64,000 bases of DNA, from assembly GCA_965645245.1 (NCBI GenBank), contig OZ287071.1, positions 496,001-560,000 of the forward strand, in the 5' to 3' direction. Position 1 is the stretch's first letter. Every line of letters begins with the position of its first letter. The position numbers and the translations under genes are program-made. This document shows, one piece after another, positions 24,687 to 37,335 of the stretch. The stretch comes from Massalongia carnosa. Lineage: Eukaryota. The notes under the pieces were generated by a model that was not told the DNA's origin, made no database searches, and saw only the letters and a program-made list of their open reading frames with translations.

Positions 24687-26055
24687 TGAGCATCACAGTG
24701 GAATATCTCCATAACAGGCAACCGTTCTGGACGCCGCGTATTCCAATGTGGACCCAACTTCAACCTGAACACGGCATGTTGGGGGAGGCCCTGGATAGAT
24801 CTCAGTCTAGAATATCACGACGGGGGTGGGAGTTTGGATTTTAGTACATGCAGCTTCAGAGACAGATGTAACCTATCCCGGCTGCTACGAGAAGCTGTCC
24901 TCGAGCCCCTCTGTAAGGAAGAAAATGCAGCATATCGCCTTTTCCACATGGCCCTATGGGCCAACGATTTTTAGGTTCCATCAAAGAATGCCCAAACCCA
25001 CCCTCACTGCTTCTGTCGCTTGCAAAGCTTGGATTATGTAGTCGTCGACTTGTTTCGTAGCTACGTTGTGGAACAATTCAAGTATTTGAAATCCAAACAT
25101 TAAATTTTTCAAGGACGATGGCAAGCCGCGTAAGCAGGTCGGGAGTTCGCTGACAAGTTTAGTGCCTCGTGCGCACTCCGTGGTGCTTGGTACGTACCTG
25201 AGCTACCTTACTTTATACCTCCTGACTCGTAACGTCCTCGTCGTGAACAATGCGTGGAACTTTTAAGCATATGATGGACAGATAGATCCAACGGTACATG
25301 GAATCGTGACATCTAGTGGAAGTTTTCTTGGAATGGTACACGTCTTGATGTTCGCGCGTTCTAGACAAGCTTTCTAGCTAAGAAAGCTGATTTGTGATCC
25401 GAATTCACGACTAGATGCCTAGTATCTTCTTACCGGAATCCCAGACGTGTCCAGAACTCACAGTTTCGGTGTATGTTGGCCTGGTCGGAGTCGAGTTTTG
25501 TCGGTGAGACTGAGGTTCGAGAGGCTTACATATCCCGTGAGATCCTGAGACCAGAATGCTCGGATCAATACGTCAGGTGCAAGATTGACCAAAGATCTCT
25601 AGACCTAATCAAGTTAGAGACTTACGACGCAAAAGTCGTCAACTTCCGCCACCCAATCAACTTCTGAAGCCAAGAGAGGAGAAAGACTCGCTTTTCTCCG
25701 TCTCTTTCCAATTTCCTTCTCACGTCTTAATCAATCTTCAAGATCCAGCTGCATTGTGCATCGCGACAAAACTTCGCACATTCAACGCTATCGCTGTGGC
25801 CGGCTGAACTGCTCGTTGTCGTCAGTGGCTTTCGCACTGCATCTGATTGAGTTACCAAGGCGACACTCACCCAGGCAGTGCTGCGACTTCGCCTGCTTTC
25901 ATTGGGTTTCCATATTTTCACCTAAACTCACCATCCCCCTCATCCTCCTTTAAGTCTCGCACCTTCTACACTTACACCCGTTGTTGCTACTTCTTGATCG
26001 GCTTGTAGAGCAAGTGGAAATTTGGCCCTGCTTGCGGTGGGCCACAACAATCAAC

Positions 26056-27505
26056 ATGGCGGACCCGAATCATCTTGAACCTCAACGAACCACGCGAGAG
26101 TTTAATGCGACCGATTTAACCCGACAGTTTGAGCAGCTCCTACGTACTAGGCGCCTAAACAATCTTTCTGTCGCGCGATCGCGTTCACGATCTGGCTCAC
26201 CGGCGCCCCTCGGTCACGCCTCTTCCGCTTCCTCCTCGACGTTACGACCGTCATCCCATCATGCACATCGCCCGTCAGATAACTCAGCTGTACCACCATC
26301 CTATTCTTCACTCCGCAACCTTCCAAAAATCGCTTCACCACCTCAAGACTCAGCCTCCCTCAGGTTTCGCAATCAACTCCTAACGCTCTCGGTTGGACCC
26401 ACGAAATATGAAAACCCAGGCTTGCTTGACGAAGCCTTATCGGTCATTCCTTTGGACAGAATATATGGTGAGGCCGAAGATGAGAGCCAGTTGTTACAAG
26501 CTCAAGCCAACAGCATTGGCGACAACGTTAAGGCTGAATGGGGTTATCAAGACTGTGTTATCCGAGCGCTCTTAAGGTATTTCTTTTCCCGGGAATAACT
26601 TATCTATATTCGGCTCTGATTGTTACTTTAGATGGTTCAAACGCACTTTCTTTACCTTTGTTAACAATCCTCCTTGTCCTGTCTGCGCGTCACCAACAGT
26701 CGCATTGGGTATGACCCCTCCAACACCCGACGAGGCGGCCCGAGGGGCTGCTCGTGTCGAACTCTACCGATGTTCCGCAGGTGATTGTGGGTCATACGAG
26801 CGATTTCCACGATACGGAGACGTTTGGGCTTTACTCCAAACTAGACGAGGTCGCTGTGGCGAATGGGCAAACTGCTTTAGCATGTTGTGTCGTGCCGTTG
26901 GAGGTCGTGTCCGCTGGGTATGGAACGCTGAAGACCACGTATGGACTGAGGTCTACTCAGAGCAACAGAAGAGATGGGTACATGTTGACGCATGTGAAGA
27001 ATCATGGGATAATCCCCGATTATACTCAGAAGGTGATTATCCTGATAGATGGCCTTTATAAACGCTTACTAATATTTTTATGATAGGTTGGAACAAGAAA
27101 ATGTCATACTGCATCGCATTCTCCATCGACGGTGCCACTGACGTAACTCGCCGCTACGTTCGAAATGCCACCGCGTATGGAGCTGACCGCAATCGCGCCC
27201 CCGAGGAAGTCCTTATGTGGATTACGAACGAGATTCGGCGGATGAGACGAGAGCCCCTGTCTAAGGAGGAACGGCGGCGACTTATCGCCGAGGACGAACG
27301 TGAGGAGAAAGAGCTACGCGGTTATGTGGTGCAAGCGCTGGCGGCCGAGATCGGCAAGATGCTACCATCGCGGCCAGCTGTTTCTGGGGAGGAACAGAAA
27401 CTGCCAGGACGCCGTAGTGGTGCCCTTGCATGGCAGCAGGCAAGAGGCGAGGATGGTGCAGCTTCGGATGTTCCTGACCAAAATCCGCCACGTGAAGGCC
27501 ACTGA
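26056..27505 (+). CDS. PNG1: Cytoplasmic peptide:N-glycanase; introns 26577-26631, 27033-27086
   Basis: [53 protein letters not shown]: transglutaminase-like C/H/D triad and Zn-binding cysteines. Confidence 0.93.
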
Positions 27506-28840
27506 TTGCGTAAGCTGTTACTGGCTTCATCTTTGTTGGGCTCTTTGAGGTGATCCCTCTTAATCGACATCGGGAATCAACAATTTACGTTGTCTGAAAC
27601 TTAGCTCTACATCGATCTCCTCCCGTCAAAGTTACGAATACTTGTGGAATACCCCACGGCCACTGCCCCGGTGTGGCAAGAAGTCCGAGCACCCCGTAAC
27701 GCTGATGACGTCTTCTCAACTCGAATCACAGCTTTCGAGACTTATGAGATCTCTTGTTTCTTGTACAATTCATTACTTGGCGTTCGGAAAACTGCCAAGT
27801 ATGGCATCAAATTGTGCCTACCATTTTGCGCTTTATATCCTCAGTCGCTGCGGCTCGGCTCAAGGGGTTTAGGTCTTGCTCCTGGGTTGTTTATGTGTTC
27901 ACGGAGTTTTGGGGCCGGCGCATGCACCGCGAGAAGTCGCATATTACGGAAGGGAGTTAGTTTTTATAAGTCTGGTTTCTACGTTGTTTTTTCGAGGGTT
28001 CGTTGTTTCTTTATGGCGTTTCCAAGGTCGAGTAGGGCCACCGATCAAGGATCAATGATGTATGCGTAAGTATGTCCAAGAGGAATATGCAGGACAGGTT
28101 ATGTTGATGAGATGGGGACGTCTGGGGAGGAAGGTTTTTAGCATAGGTTTTGACAGGAGAACTGGAAATCAAACAATCCAACTTCAGGCACATAGAGATT
28201 TGAATGTGAGAATTGGGGTAGAGGGAATAAGTACAATAGACCGAAGCACAAGTTTCACCCTCAGCTAGCAGGTCTTCAGTAACCGATAAGCCTCTTCTAA
28301 AATTATGTCGGAAGAGGTTGTCGTAGATAGCCGAGGAATGAAGATATACAGACACGGTACCTTGTACAGAGCACATTCGCCTGCACAGCTAGCGATACTA
28401 CGAGTACTCGTGGGGTATTGACAGATCACATGACATGTATGCCATTTCTTTGGGCTCGCTCCTCTAGGCCGAATCTGGACTTACAAGGTACAATATATAC
28501 CGAATACCTACAACAAATTACAACGAAGGCTAATCTGCACGCGAGCTGTAGATAGCTGCTCGATCCTTCCTACCTTGAGACAATCGGATTGCACAGTCCC
28601 ATTATCCTCATTATTCTCGAGTTGATATTGATGTCTGTCTACTAACTCCAGCATATCGACGAAATCCTAAGAGGTTTCCCACTTCGCCACGAAGAAGCCG
28701 CAAGTGCCAGGTTTTCTCCGCAACTTCCTTTGACTTGCTCAGCATCGCCCGTGCTGCGTTCCGAATATTCCTTCCAAAAACCATTGCGAACCGAGCGGTC
28801 GCAACCGAGCAGCTCCTCTCAGCCATAGGCTACCTTAAAA

Positions 28841-29488
28841 ATGATGTCCGGCGAAGCATGGCTATATCTTTTATCGGTGCTCATAAATGCTGTAAACCTA
28901 TTTCTCCAGGTCTTTTTTACCATCATGTACAGCGATCTGGAATGGTGAGCTTATCCTCTGCCTCTCTCCCATCGAAACTTATCTTCTTGGGCTCTGTGCG
29001 CAACATGTTTTTTATCAGGTGCCGCATGACGACAAAATGCTAATTCCGCCTTGGGAGCAGCGACTATATCAACCCCATCGACCTATGCAATAGACTCAAT
29101 ACCTACATCGTTCCTGAGGCGGCCGTACACGCCTTTCTCACCATTCTCTTCCTCGTCAACGGATATTGGGTGGCACTTGTCCTTAATCTCCCATTACTCA
29201 CATATAATGCCAAAAAGTGGGTGGATCTGAGGGATGGCTTGTAGGCTCATCGGAAAGAGCTAATTGTTACCACAGGATCTACGAGAACCAACATCTTCTT
29301 GACGCAACGGAGATATTTCGAAAACTGAACGTACACAAAAAGGTAGGATAGTCTATTTCCAGCACCTAGCAAGTGCTAACTCGCCACGCCTTTAGGAATC
29401 ATTCATCAAGCTTGGTTTCCATTTGGTCATGTTTTTCTTCTACCTTTATTCCATGATAGTAGCATTAATCAAGGACGAGTCGCATTGA
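28841..29488 (+). CDS. ERV14: Cornichon-family COPII cargo receptor; exons 28841-28944, 29061-29216, 29276-29342, 29396-29488
   Basis: Spliced product of 139 aa: [48 protein letters not shown]...[11 protein letters not shown]...[14 protein letters not shown]. Absent from the ORF track. Confidence 0.93.
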
Positions 29489-30010
29489 CTACGAGCGGCA
29501 GCGAGCAGAAGCATGCAACAGGGCGGCTACTCATGAGCAATGTGTCGAATCCTTGGTCCCGGCCTCGTGCATATTGCGAAGGACAAATTCCAAAGGAGGA
29601 CATTTCACGCGAGGATTAGGGTTGTATATCGATAGGAACGCATGCTCTTTGAAGATTGGCTTAAGGAACGAGGTCAACTCTTTAGTGAAAGTCCACGCAC
29701 TTGGAGTGGTAGCCTGAGTATGATGGGATCGGGCTATGTCTTCTAATGCGCCTTTCAATATCTCGACGTTCGTACTTACGGATACCCCTTTGATATTGAT
29801 ATCTATATTGAATCTCGAAGTAATGCACGACTTGACTGCTTCTTGAAAATGAACTAGTTAATTGCCAGTAAAATAAATGTTGATTAGTGTTTTGCTTCGG
29901 ATCTTTTTAAGCGGTGAAAGTGGTTAAAGCGGTAATTTGTTCCCTAAATAGCCGCACATAGACATTCTCCAATCTTTGCTTTTGAGCGCACCTCGGGAGC
30001 TTCAACCATT

Positions 30011-31877
30011 ATGGCTTTGTTAGGGATTGAATACGCATCCAGCGATGAAGAACCTTCCTCCGGGGCGCTTAACCTCAACAACGTGGCCTCTGCGACGCCC
30101 GTCATTGCCGCTCCAGAGGTTTCATTAGATGTTTGGTCTTGCCAATTCCCGATGCTGAGCGCTAGTACTAATATCATGCAGGATCCAATGCGACTCCAAA
30201 TGATGCTGGCTAAGCCTACGGATACCTCGTTATCCTATAATGTTCCCTATGCCGATTTATCCCGGGCGGCCATGGGTCCCGCTAACCCTTTCAAATCCAC
30301 GGAGGGAAATGCGCTCAAGCGTAAAAATGTATTAACCGGTTATGCTGAGGAAGCCGTGGTAAGCGACGCGACCTTTACAACGCAGCATCGAACCTTTCAG
30401 AGCACGGGATATGCCCAGGATCCGGGTATGGTGGGCCGGTACGTGGGGGACCTGGCAAGCGCACAACGGCTGGAAGGACGAAATGTGGTGCAAATGAGAC
30501 CATCCAAAGAGGCAAGTCAGGCTTTCAGGCGGAAGCGGCAGAAGAAGGGAAACCCGGGCATAGTAGATGGTGAGGGAGCTTACCGCGGCCCCTGGGCTCG
30601 CTATGAAAGCCTTGATCAGGCATATGAAGACGAAGCGACTCTGGCCGGGGAAGAGCTTGCGAGCGATGAGGAATACATTGAAGAAGCTATCGTTCCCGCA
30701 AGAGCTCCTGCCATGAAAAAAGCGGCAACCGGCTACGAAGACGACGTATCGAGCGCGGAGACGACCGAGTTCCATGGTAGCCAGCTATACGATTATCAAG
30801 GAAGGTCATACATGCACGTGCCACTGGATTTGGATATTGATCTTCGCAAGGAGCTTGGAAGCGAGAGGAATTATCATCCCAAGAAACAAATCTTCAAATG
30901 GAAGTTTGGCAGCAAGCCAATCACTGCGCTCCGCTTCTTCCCCAGCTCCGGTCATCTCCTTCTCTCCGCCTCCGCTGACAGCAAGATAAAGCTCTTTAGC
31001 GTCTACAACGAACGGGAGCTGCTCCGGAGCTATTCAGGGCATTCCAAGAGCGTTTCCGACATCACCTTTTCCACCACGGGCACGAAGTTCCTCTCAGGCT
31101 CTTACGATAGGAAAATGGCCTTATGGGACGTTGAGACGGGAAAAGTGATATCGCGGTTTAACACAGGCAAAATACCCCATGTGGTTAAGTTCCACCCAGA
31201 CGAAAGCTCCCACGAATTCCTAGCCGGCATGTCGGACAACAAAATCGTCCAATTTGATACCCGATCTGGGGAAATGACGCAGGAGTACAACCATCACTTG
31301 GCCAGCATCAACAGTGAGCGCGCACCTGCCCCTTTTCTAGTTTGAGTCATGCTTCCCCTCCAAAGCACCATTTAACTCGTATGACTAACACGCCCAACCC
31401 TCAGCTATCACCTTTGTTGACGAAAATCGCCGCATGATCACCAGCTCCGACGACAAATCCATCCTGGCGTGGGAAATTGGCATCCCCGTCCCCATCAAAC
31501 GCATCGCTGAACCGCACATGTACAGCCTGGTGCGAGCGACCCCGCACCCGTCAGGCAAATCTGTCGCCTTCCAATCTAGCGACAATCAGATCGTCGTCTA
31601 CGCCTCCACAGACCGCTTCCGGCAGAACCGCAAGAAGGTGTTCAAGGGCCACAATTGCGCGGGGTACGCCATCGACGTGGACGTTTCGCCGGACGGTGCC
31701 TTCGTCATGACAGGCGATACCGGCGGCTTCGTCTGCTTCTACGACTGGAAGAGCACCAAGATGCTGCATAAGATCCTGGCCAGCGACGGGCCGGTCACGT
31801 GCGCGCAGTGGCATCCCCAGGAGACGAGCAAGGTGGTTACCGCGGGCTTGGACGGGGCGATTAAATACTGGGATTGA
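30011..31877 (+). CDS. PRP17: Pre-mRNA splicing factor Prp17/Cdc40 (WD40); introns 30131-30181, 31314-31404
   Basis: GPANPF, KRKNVLTG, GAYRGPWA, FHGSQLYDYQGRSYMH, FRQNRKKVFKGH, WHPQETSKV...IKYWD. Confidence 0.92.
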
Positions 31878-32610
31878 AGGAAGAGGGCGGGAGATGTTTT
31901 TGTTATTTCTCTCTCTCACTGTTTGTGTGTCGTATCGTGTCGTGTCGTATCGAAGGCGTTCTGGAGCCGCGGCGGCAAGGCAAGACCCCTGTATGCTATA
32001 GGTATACATATGTATTCCCCAACATCTGGATTCGGTTCTCAGGTTCGGGACGGATGGCTGACGAAGGACCGGTGGCGAACCAAACAAACAACCGGACGGG
32101 TTCATAAACGTCAATCAATCCTTGAAGCCCCTCCTCCTATTCCTTCTCCCCTCTTACTACTACCACCCAGCTCATCCTTCCTCACTCACCGCTTCGTTTC
32201 CCAGCTCCCCCCGCGCTCCCCTCACCCTTATCTATTTACCCAGTCCCATCCTGTCCCCATCCCATCTTGTGCTATTCCTAGCGGGGAAAAAGAATGCAGA
32301 TGCAGGAACCGAAAATCAAGATCGGGGTTTTTTTTGGTTATATAGAAATTTTGGTCTGTCCTGACTAGGAAAGTATGCAAGGATATGGTAACTGAATGCG
32401 AATGATTTAACCCTCCCCCTCCCCTTCCAAGAGAACTAAAACAATATGGGGAATCTACGCACGCAGACTACCCCCCCAAGCACCAGCATAAACCGCTAAA
32501 AATACACAACGCTTCAACCTCGCTACCTTACCTATCCCCGCTAGGCACGATCGGACGAGCAAAAACGCCCCACCGCTGGAAAGCCAAGCAAAACCCCTCC
32601 GACAAGGAAC

Positions 32611-35373
32611 CTAGAAACTCGCCATCTCGACCCATGACCCTGTGAACCCCAATGCCGACCCTTTATCGCCCATGAGGAGCTCCTCAAACTCCGAGAACGA
32701 GAGCCGGCCGGGACCGCCGCGGCGGGCGTCGGCTGCGTCGATGATGTCCATCGCGAGGAGGAACCTGAGGCGGTCGCGCGATGGAAAGGGAAGGGTAGGG
32801 TGCGCGGGTGCTGGAGAGGTTGGCGAGGAAGAGGGGGAAGAAGAAAAGGAGGTGTTACGCCGGTTCTGGGGGAGAGTGGGATCGAGGGGTTTTGTCGAGA
32901 GTGGTTCGGTGAAAATTGCTGATGCGGGTTCGGGGGGAGAGATTTCTGTCCCTTCGAGGATGGTAGGGAAGGTTTCTTCGTACGAGTATGATTCTGGGTG
33001 TGGAGCATGTTCTGTTAGGGAAGACTCGAGGTCTTCACGGTGTGCGTGAGTCCCCCAGGCATCGATGGGATCATGGGTGGCAGGGTGGGGGGATGCGGCT
33101 GGGTCGTCGCTGCTCAGCGCCCATCTTTCGAGATATGAGGCCTTGGGGGGCCGTGCGAGTGTTGATAAGTGAGATATAACTTCAAGATCGGCGGCCGGGT
33201 TCAATTCTCTCCTTAGCCAGTTGAAGAGCTCAAGCTCTTCGGTTGGATGGGTTCGCCGTAGGTTGCGCCAACCCAGCTCATAAATGTCGAGCGATCTCTT
33301 GATCTGTTCTCGGAGAGCGGTGGAGTCAATCGCAGAAATCTGAGAGCGGTACAGGTCCCTTTCGCGCTTGGTTCGCCGGACTAGAATGGCAAAGTCCTCT
33401 CGTTGCTGGAACATGGGGTCTAGAAGTTCATTTAGGCCCTCTTGAGCCACTTGGTAGAGAACCTCACGTCCAACGTCTTTCTCCGCTTCTGGTACCTCAT
33501 ACCCGCCCCAACGCTCGCCCAGGGGTATGCTTCGAGAGGACATTGAAGTTGCCGAGCGAGTCTCATGTTCGTCCTCGGTGGTCAGGTCGTCTTGAAAACG
33601 CACCTTGGATGACGATCTCGATCGACGTGATAGCGGCTGGGTTTCGCTAGTTCCGTCTTGACGAAAGCCGTTTGGAGGTAGTGCACCGTCTTCGTTGGCA
33701 AGATAGAACTGCTGTCTTTCCCACCTTTCCTGAATGCCATGATCTCGAATCGAATGTCGCATACTAGCAATTCCCTGGAATCTTTCGATGGCGGCTAGCC
33801 GTACCTTCTCGCGATCAGCGGGGTCTATAATTTCTTCAAGTGGCACTGGGAGTCCCAAAGCAGCAATCGCATCCTGAGTGTTGGCGTAGGTTGGGGGCCA
33901 GACGTCCCCAGTTAACTGCTCGTTGATTATTGATTCCTCCAAAAACGTGGCACGTCTAACCGTTCCAACACCAACGTTGTAGAACCGGGATTCGACTGCA
34001 TCCGCGACGGCCTCATTGTGATCTCCAAGGTCTACTTTTCCTTCTTTGACTGTTCTTCCATGGTCGTATATCACGTAGTCCCCGTTTTCATCTTGGCCCT
34101 TGCCTTCCACAGCCCTGGACCCATCACCGGGAAATATCTGGCCTGAGAAGGCTGAACTCAGTGGTTGACTGCCTGTGACAGCTTGCCGTGCTAGATTATC
34201 ATCATAACCATCGTCGTCCATAGCCGAAATCACATCCTTTGTCATCTCCTTGCTTAGAGCATAAAAGGCTCGGAACATTCTTAGAAAATCCTTCCGATCA
34301 ACGTAACCATCGTCATTGATATCATATCCATCAAAGATTTTTCTGCGCCGTTCGGCATGTTTTTGGTTGCTCAGGCTGGATAGTCCTCTGAAGAACTCGT
34401 TGAAGCCGATTAGGCCATCGCGGTTGGTATCGTAGAACGCAAACATGCGGTCATATATCAAATTTGGGGGTGGCGGTCTGGTCCTGCTGGCAGGAATGAA
34501 GCACTTGTCAAAAGTAGGCCGATCAATTGCCAGGCAATATTCGTCAGGATCATGGAGCCACTCTGTCGCTGCCAAGCATCTGAACTGCTCCCAGAGAGCC
34601 TCCACTTCGTGCCTCTGATATGCGCCGTCCTTGCAGTATTTGGCAATTATGCTCTTGCGTAAAGGGTGAAAGTCATCATTAGGCTTTCCCGGATACCATA
34701 GTGGCTGCGGCTCTCTTGGATTGCTCAGAAACGGCACTGGTATCCTGATTTTATAGAACAGATGGGTCTTGTTGTGGATCTGTAGCGCCTCGCACTGCTC
34801 ACAGAGGTCACAATCTGCACAGTTGGTACAGCGGTATCGAATCCCCTGAATCGGCATCATACTGCAGCTGTTACAAGTGACGCCTCGGTGAACATAACCG
34901 TCCTTCTTGGCTTGCTCTTCGGCGATTCGAAAGAGGAGATTCAACAAGCTCTGCCCTTCCTTACTGGTGTAGCGGCTATCGCTTGCATCCCGCCATGAAT
35001 GCTCACTCTCAGTACCGGCGTCCGTTTCTCTTCCTTCCAATTCCTGATCAGCTGGAGTTTCGTCGTCATATGCCACATCCCGGAGAGCGTCAAGGATTGG
35101 GTTCCTGGGTCCCGTGTCGATACGCAACGCAGCTCCATCTCTAGGCGACTCCTCATCCTCGACGCCGGATCCGGAAAGATCGGTTTCCCTCGATCGCCTA
35201 CGCCGTCGCCGAGCATTTGAACGATGGAGAGGATGTTGCCCTGAAGGTTGGAGAGGCTGGCTGTGTGTTGATACTGAACTGCGGATATAGAAAATCGTGC
35301 ATCCTACAGCCACTGCAGCCAAAGCCAATATGGCCGATCTGTATCGCACGAGGGAAGAGTTCGAGACACTCAT
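32611..35373 (-). CDS. ZZ-type zinc finger plus EF-hand protein with an N-terminal hydrophobic anchor, 920 aa
   Basis: HRGVTCNSCSMMPIQGIRYRCTNCADCDLCEQCE (ZZ finger); EF-hand loops DTNRDGLIGFNEF and DINDDGYVDRKDF. Confidence 0.85.
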   Translation of the reverse strand: MSVSNSSLVRYRSAILALAAVAVGCTIFYIRSSVSTHSQPLQPSGQHPLHRSNARRRRRRSRETDLSGSGVEDEESPRDGAALRIDTGPRNPILDALRDVAYDDETPADQELEGRETDAGTESEHSWRDASDSRYTSKEGQSLLNLLFRIAEEQAKKDGYVHRGVTCNSCSMMPIQGIRYRCTNCADCDLCEQCEALQIHNKTHLFYKIRIPVPFLSNPREPQPLWYPGKPNDDFHPLRKSIIAKYCKDGAYQRHEVEALWEQFRCLAATEWLHDPDEYCLAIDRPTFDKCFIPASRTRPPPPNLIYDRMFAFYDTNRDGLIGFNEFFRGLSSLSNQKHAERRRKIFDGYDINDDGYVDRKDFLRMFRAFYALSKEMTKDVISAMDDDGYDDNLARQAVTGSQPLSSAFSGQIFPGDGSRAVEGKGQDENGDYVIYDHGRTVKEGKVDLGDHNEAVADAVESRFYNVGVGTVRRATFLEESIINEQLTGDVWPPTYANTQDAIAALGLPVPLEEIIDPADREKVRLAAIERFQGIASMRHSIRDHGIQERWERQQFYLANEDGALPPNGFRQDGTSETQPLSRRSRSSSKVRFQDDLTTEDEHETRSATSMSSRSIPLGERWGGYEVPEAEKDVGREVLYQVAQEGLNELLDPMFQQREDFAILVRRTKRERDLYRSQISAIDSTALREQIKRSLDIYELGWRNLRRTHPTEELELFNWLRRELNPAADLEVISHLSTLARPPKASYLERWALSSDDPAASPHPATHDPIDAWGTHAHREDLESSLTEHAPHPESYSYEETFPTILEGTEISPPEPASAIFTEPLSTKPLDPTLPQNRRNTSFSSSPSSSPTSPAPAHPTLPFPSRDRLRFLLAMDIIDAADARRGGPGRLSFSEFEELLMGDKGSALGFTGSWVEMASF

Positions 35374-35712
35374 GGCTTGTGAGCGTCAGTTGCGGAAGTA
35401 TCATACATTTGGCTGGGTGAAGTGCCGATTTTCAGATGCATAGCATGATTCTTCACCGCTTTCATAGGCCATGTCTTCGGTTCAAGTTACAGAAGAGTGA
35501 AGAAATTAAGTCGGGTAGATGGAAAAAGGTGAGAACTGATGGATGGTGCTGTCGAACATTCTTATAATATACAAAAAAACGTTAAGCTTCAATCCTTATT
35601 TTCTCTTATACAATTGACAACACATGAATCATGATTAAGCAGGCGCGAAGGGCCATCTATGGCTTGGTCTTGAGTTTCATCATAGAACAACCAGTTGACT
35701 GAGACTGGTTCA

Positions 35713-37227
35713 CTAGTTAAGCTCCTCCAGATATTCGTCATCATTGGTCCCAAACTCGTTGTCGAAGCCTTCGCCAGCCAGCCAGCTCCAAACTTCCTCC
35801 CAGAGCCCCTTCTTGTGCGCCATGGCCAGCACCATGACGACTGGAAGATGCCAAACACTGGCCCAAAAAAGGCCTCTGGCGCTCCCCTTGTACCCCTCTT
35901 GTCTCCAGAACCTCCAAGCCTCGCGGACCATCCATGTGTTCACGATGCTGCTCGTGAACAGAAACCCCTGATCTGTAATCTGCCACCACCATAACCCCGT
36001 ACAAAGTGGGAACAGAAAAAGCGCGTATCGAAGCGCCACCCTACCATTCATTCGCGGATTTGTCCATGCAAGCATTCTGTAGCCTGCGTTCTTATACTCC
36101 TCCCTGATGTTCCAGCTCAAAGCATTGAAGTGCGGAAATTGCCACGCGTATAGTATCCCTGCGAGCAGCCAACCGCCAACGCTACCCTCGCTGAATAGTA
36201 ATTCATTCCACTCCCCGGTCCCGATGGCGCTCTGGCCGGCTGCTGCCGCCCAACCCATCAAGGGTGGGATCCCTCCCACGAGCGCACCGATCCAGGTATT
36301 TAAAACGGATATTCGTTTTACGGGTGTATACACTCCAGCATACAAGGCAATATTTAATCCTCCCAAGAATGCCACGGTTGGATTGACGCCAAACCATAGA
36401 CTTCCTATACCGATAGTTCCTGCGATGGTTGCAAACACCAGTGCCCCTTTCTTTCCAATAAGACCACGAACAATTGGCCGGTTGCGGGTCCGGCTCATTT
36501 TGGCATCGTGCTCCGGTTCTAACAGCATATTCAGTGCGTTCGCCGAAGCACAACAAAGGGCGGTGCCCGCTGTAAGGAACACGAGAGTTAATGTAGACAA
36601 AGAAGGGGATATAGTGGTGGTAGGGAGCAGAAGTGCTGGAACGGGGTATAGAGAGTAAGCTGCAGCCGTAGTAAGAACTATCATGAACGAAAGGCGAGGT
36701 TTTGATAGCGAGAGGCATGTTGTGAGAAGTCGGCGTATCGAGGCTGGGGGAAGGGAAGTGGAAAGGGATGTAAGGCGCGAGGATGCATCTAGGGCGATTA
36801 CAGACTCTTGGTCCAAGGCCAGTGTAGCTTCAGCTTTTAAGCGTTTCCGACGGCGATGTGGAAGCTCGAGGAACCTTACAGCGCCCAGAGAGCCACTGGA
36901 GTTGGAAAGAGACGGCAAACTTTGTGAGGGCGCAGATGATTCCACACTATGGCTAGATGCACTCCGGGCATCCTCATAACCGGTCCCTTTCCGTAAATTG
37001 TACTCTTGTGGCTGGCTCTTGAATAGGAAAATATTTCTATTGGCAGAGAAGTATTCTCGTTGAATTAACGGTGCTTTTGCAGCGATGGATTCACTTTTAC
37101 GTGACGATGCGCTGAAATGCCTCCGAGGAATTGTCCCTGTCCTTTTAGCTAGTCGAAGTAGGCATCTCATACAAACCGAATCTGCATCCAAGTTTTCCAA
37201 CCGCAGGGTTTTGCTATAGAGTAGCAT
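35713..37227 (-). CDS. COX10: Protoheme IX farnesyltransferase (heme O synthase), mitochondrial
   Basis: LSKPRL, ANALNM...DAKMSRTRNRP, YTPVKR, NTWIGALVGGIPPLMGWAA, WQFPHFNAL; Arg-rich N-terminus; first in-frame ATG at 37227. Confidence 0.93.
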   Translation of the reverse strand: MLLYSKTLRLENLDADSVCMRCLLRLAKRTGTIPRRHFSASSRKSESIAAKAPLIQREYFSANRNIFLFKSQPQEYNLRKGTGYEDARSASSHSVESSAPSQSLPSLSNSSGSLGAVRFLELPHRRRKRLKAEATLALDQESVIALDASSRLTSLSTSLPPASIRRLLTTCLSLSKPRLSFMIVLTTAAAYSLYPVPALLLPTTTISPSLSTLTLVFLTAGTALCCASANALNMLLEPEHDAKMSRTRNRPIVRGLIGKKGALVFATIAGTIGIGSLWFGVNPTVAFLGGLNIALYAGVYTPVKRISVLNTWIGALVGGIPPLMGWAAAAGQSAIGTGEWNELLFSEGSVGGWLLAGILYAWQFPHFNALSWNIREEYKNAGYRMLAWTNPRMNGRVALRYALFLFPLCTGLWWWQITDQGFLFTSSIVNTWMVREAWRFWRQEGYKGSARGLFWASVWHLPVVMVLAMAHKKGLWEEVWSWLAGEGFDNEFGTNDDEYLEELN

Positions 37228-37335
37228 AATTGATCCGAAAATCCTCGTTGACAATCGATTGACATGAATTCGGAACAAAGCTGCATATTGTCACGTGATT
37301 GGTTTGTGATCATCCCCCATTTATTAGCCGCATTA

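Noticed and set aside
26056..27505. Possibility that PNG1 is a catalytically dead variant
   Set aside because: Cys (GRCGEW), His (EDHVW) and Asp (HVDACE) are all present.
31477..33049. Antisense and alternative-frame ORFs over the PRP17 and EF-hand gene ends
   Set aside because: Explained by GC-rich codon usage of the real genes and low-complexity intergenic DNA.
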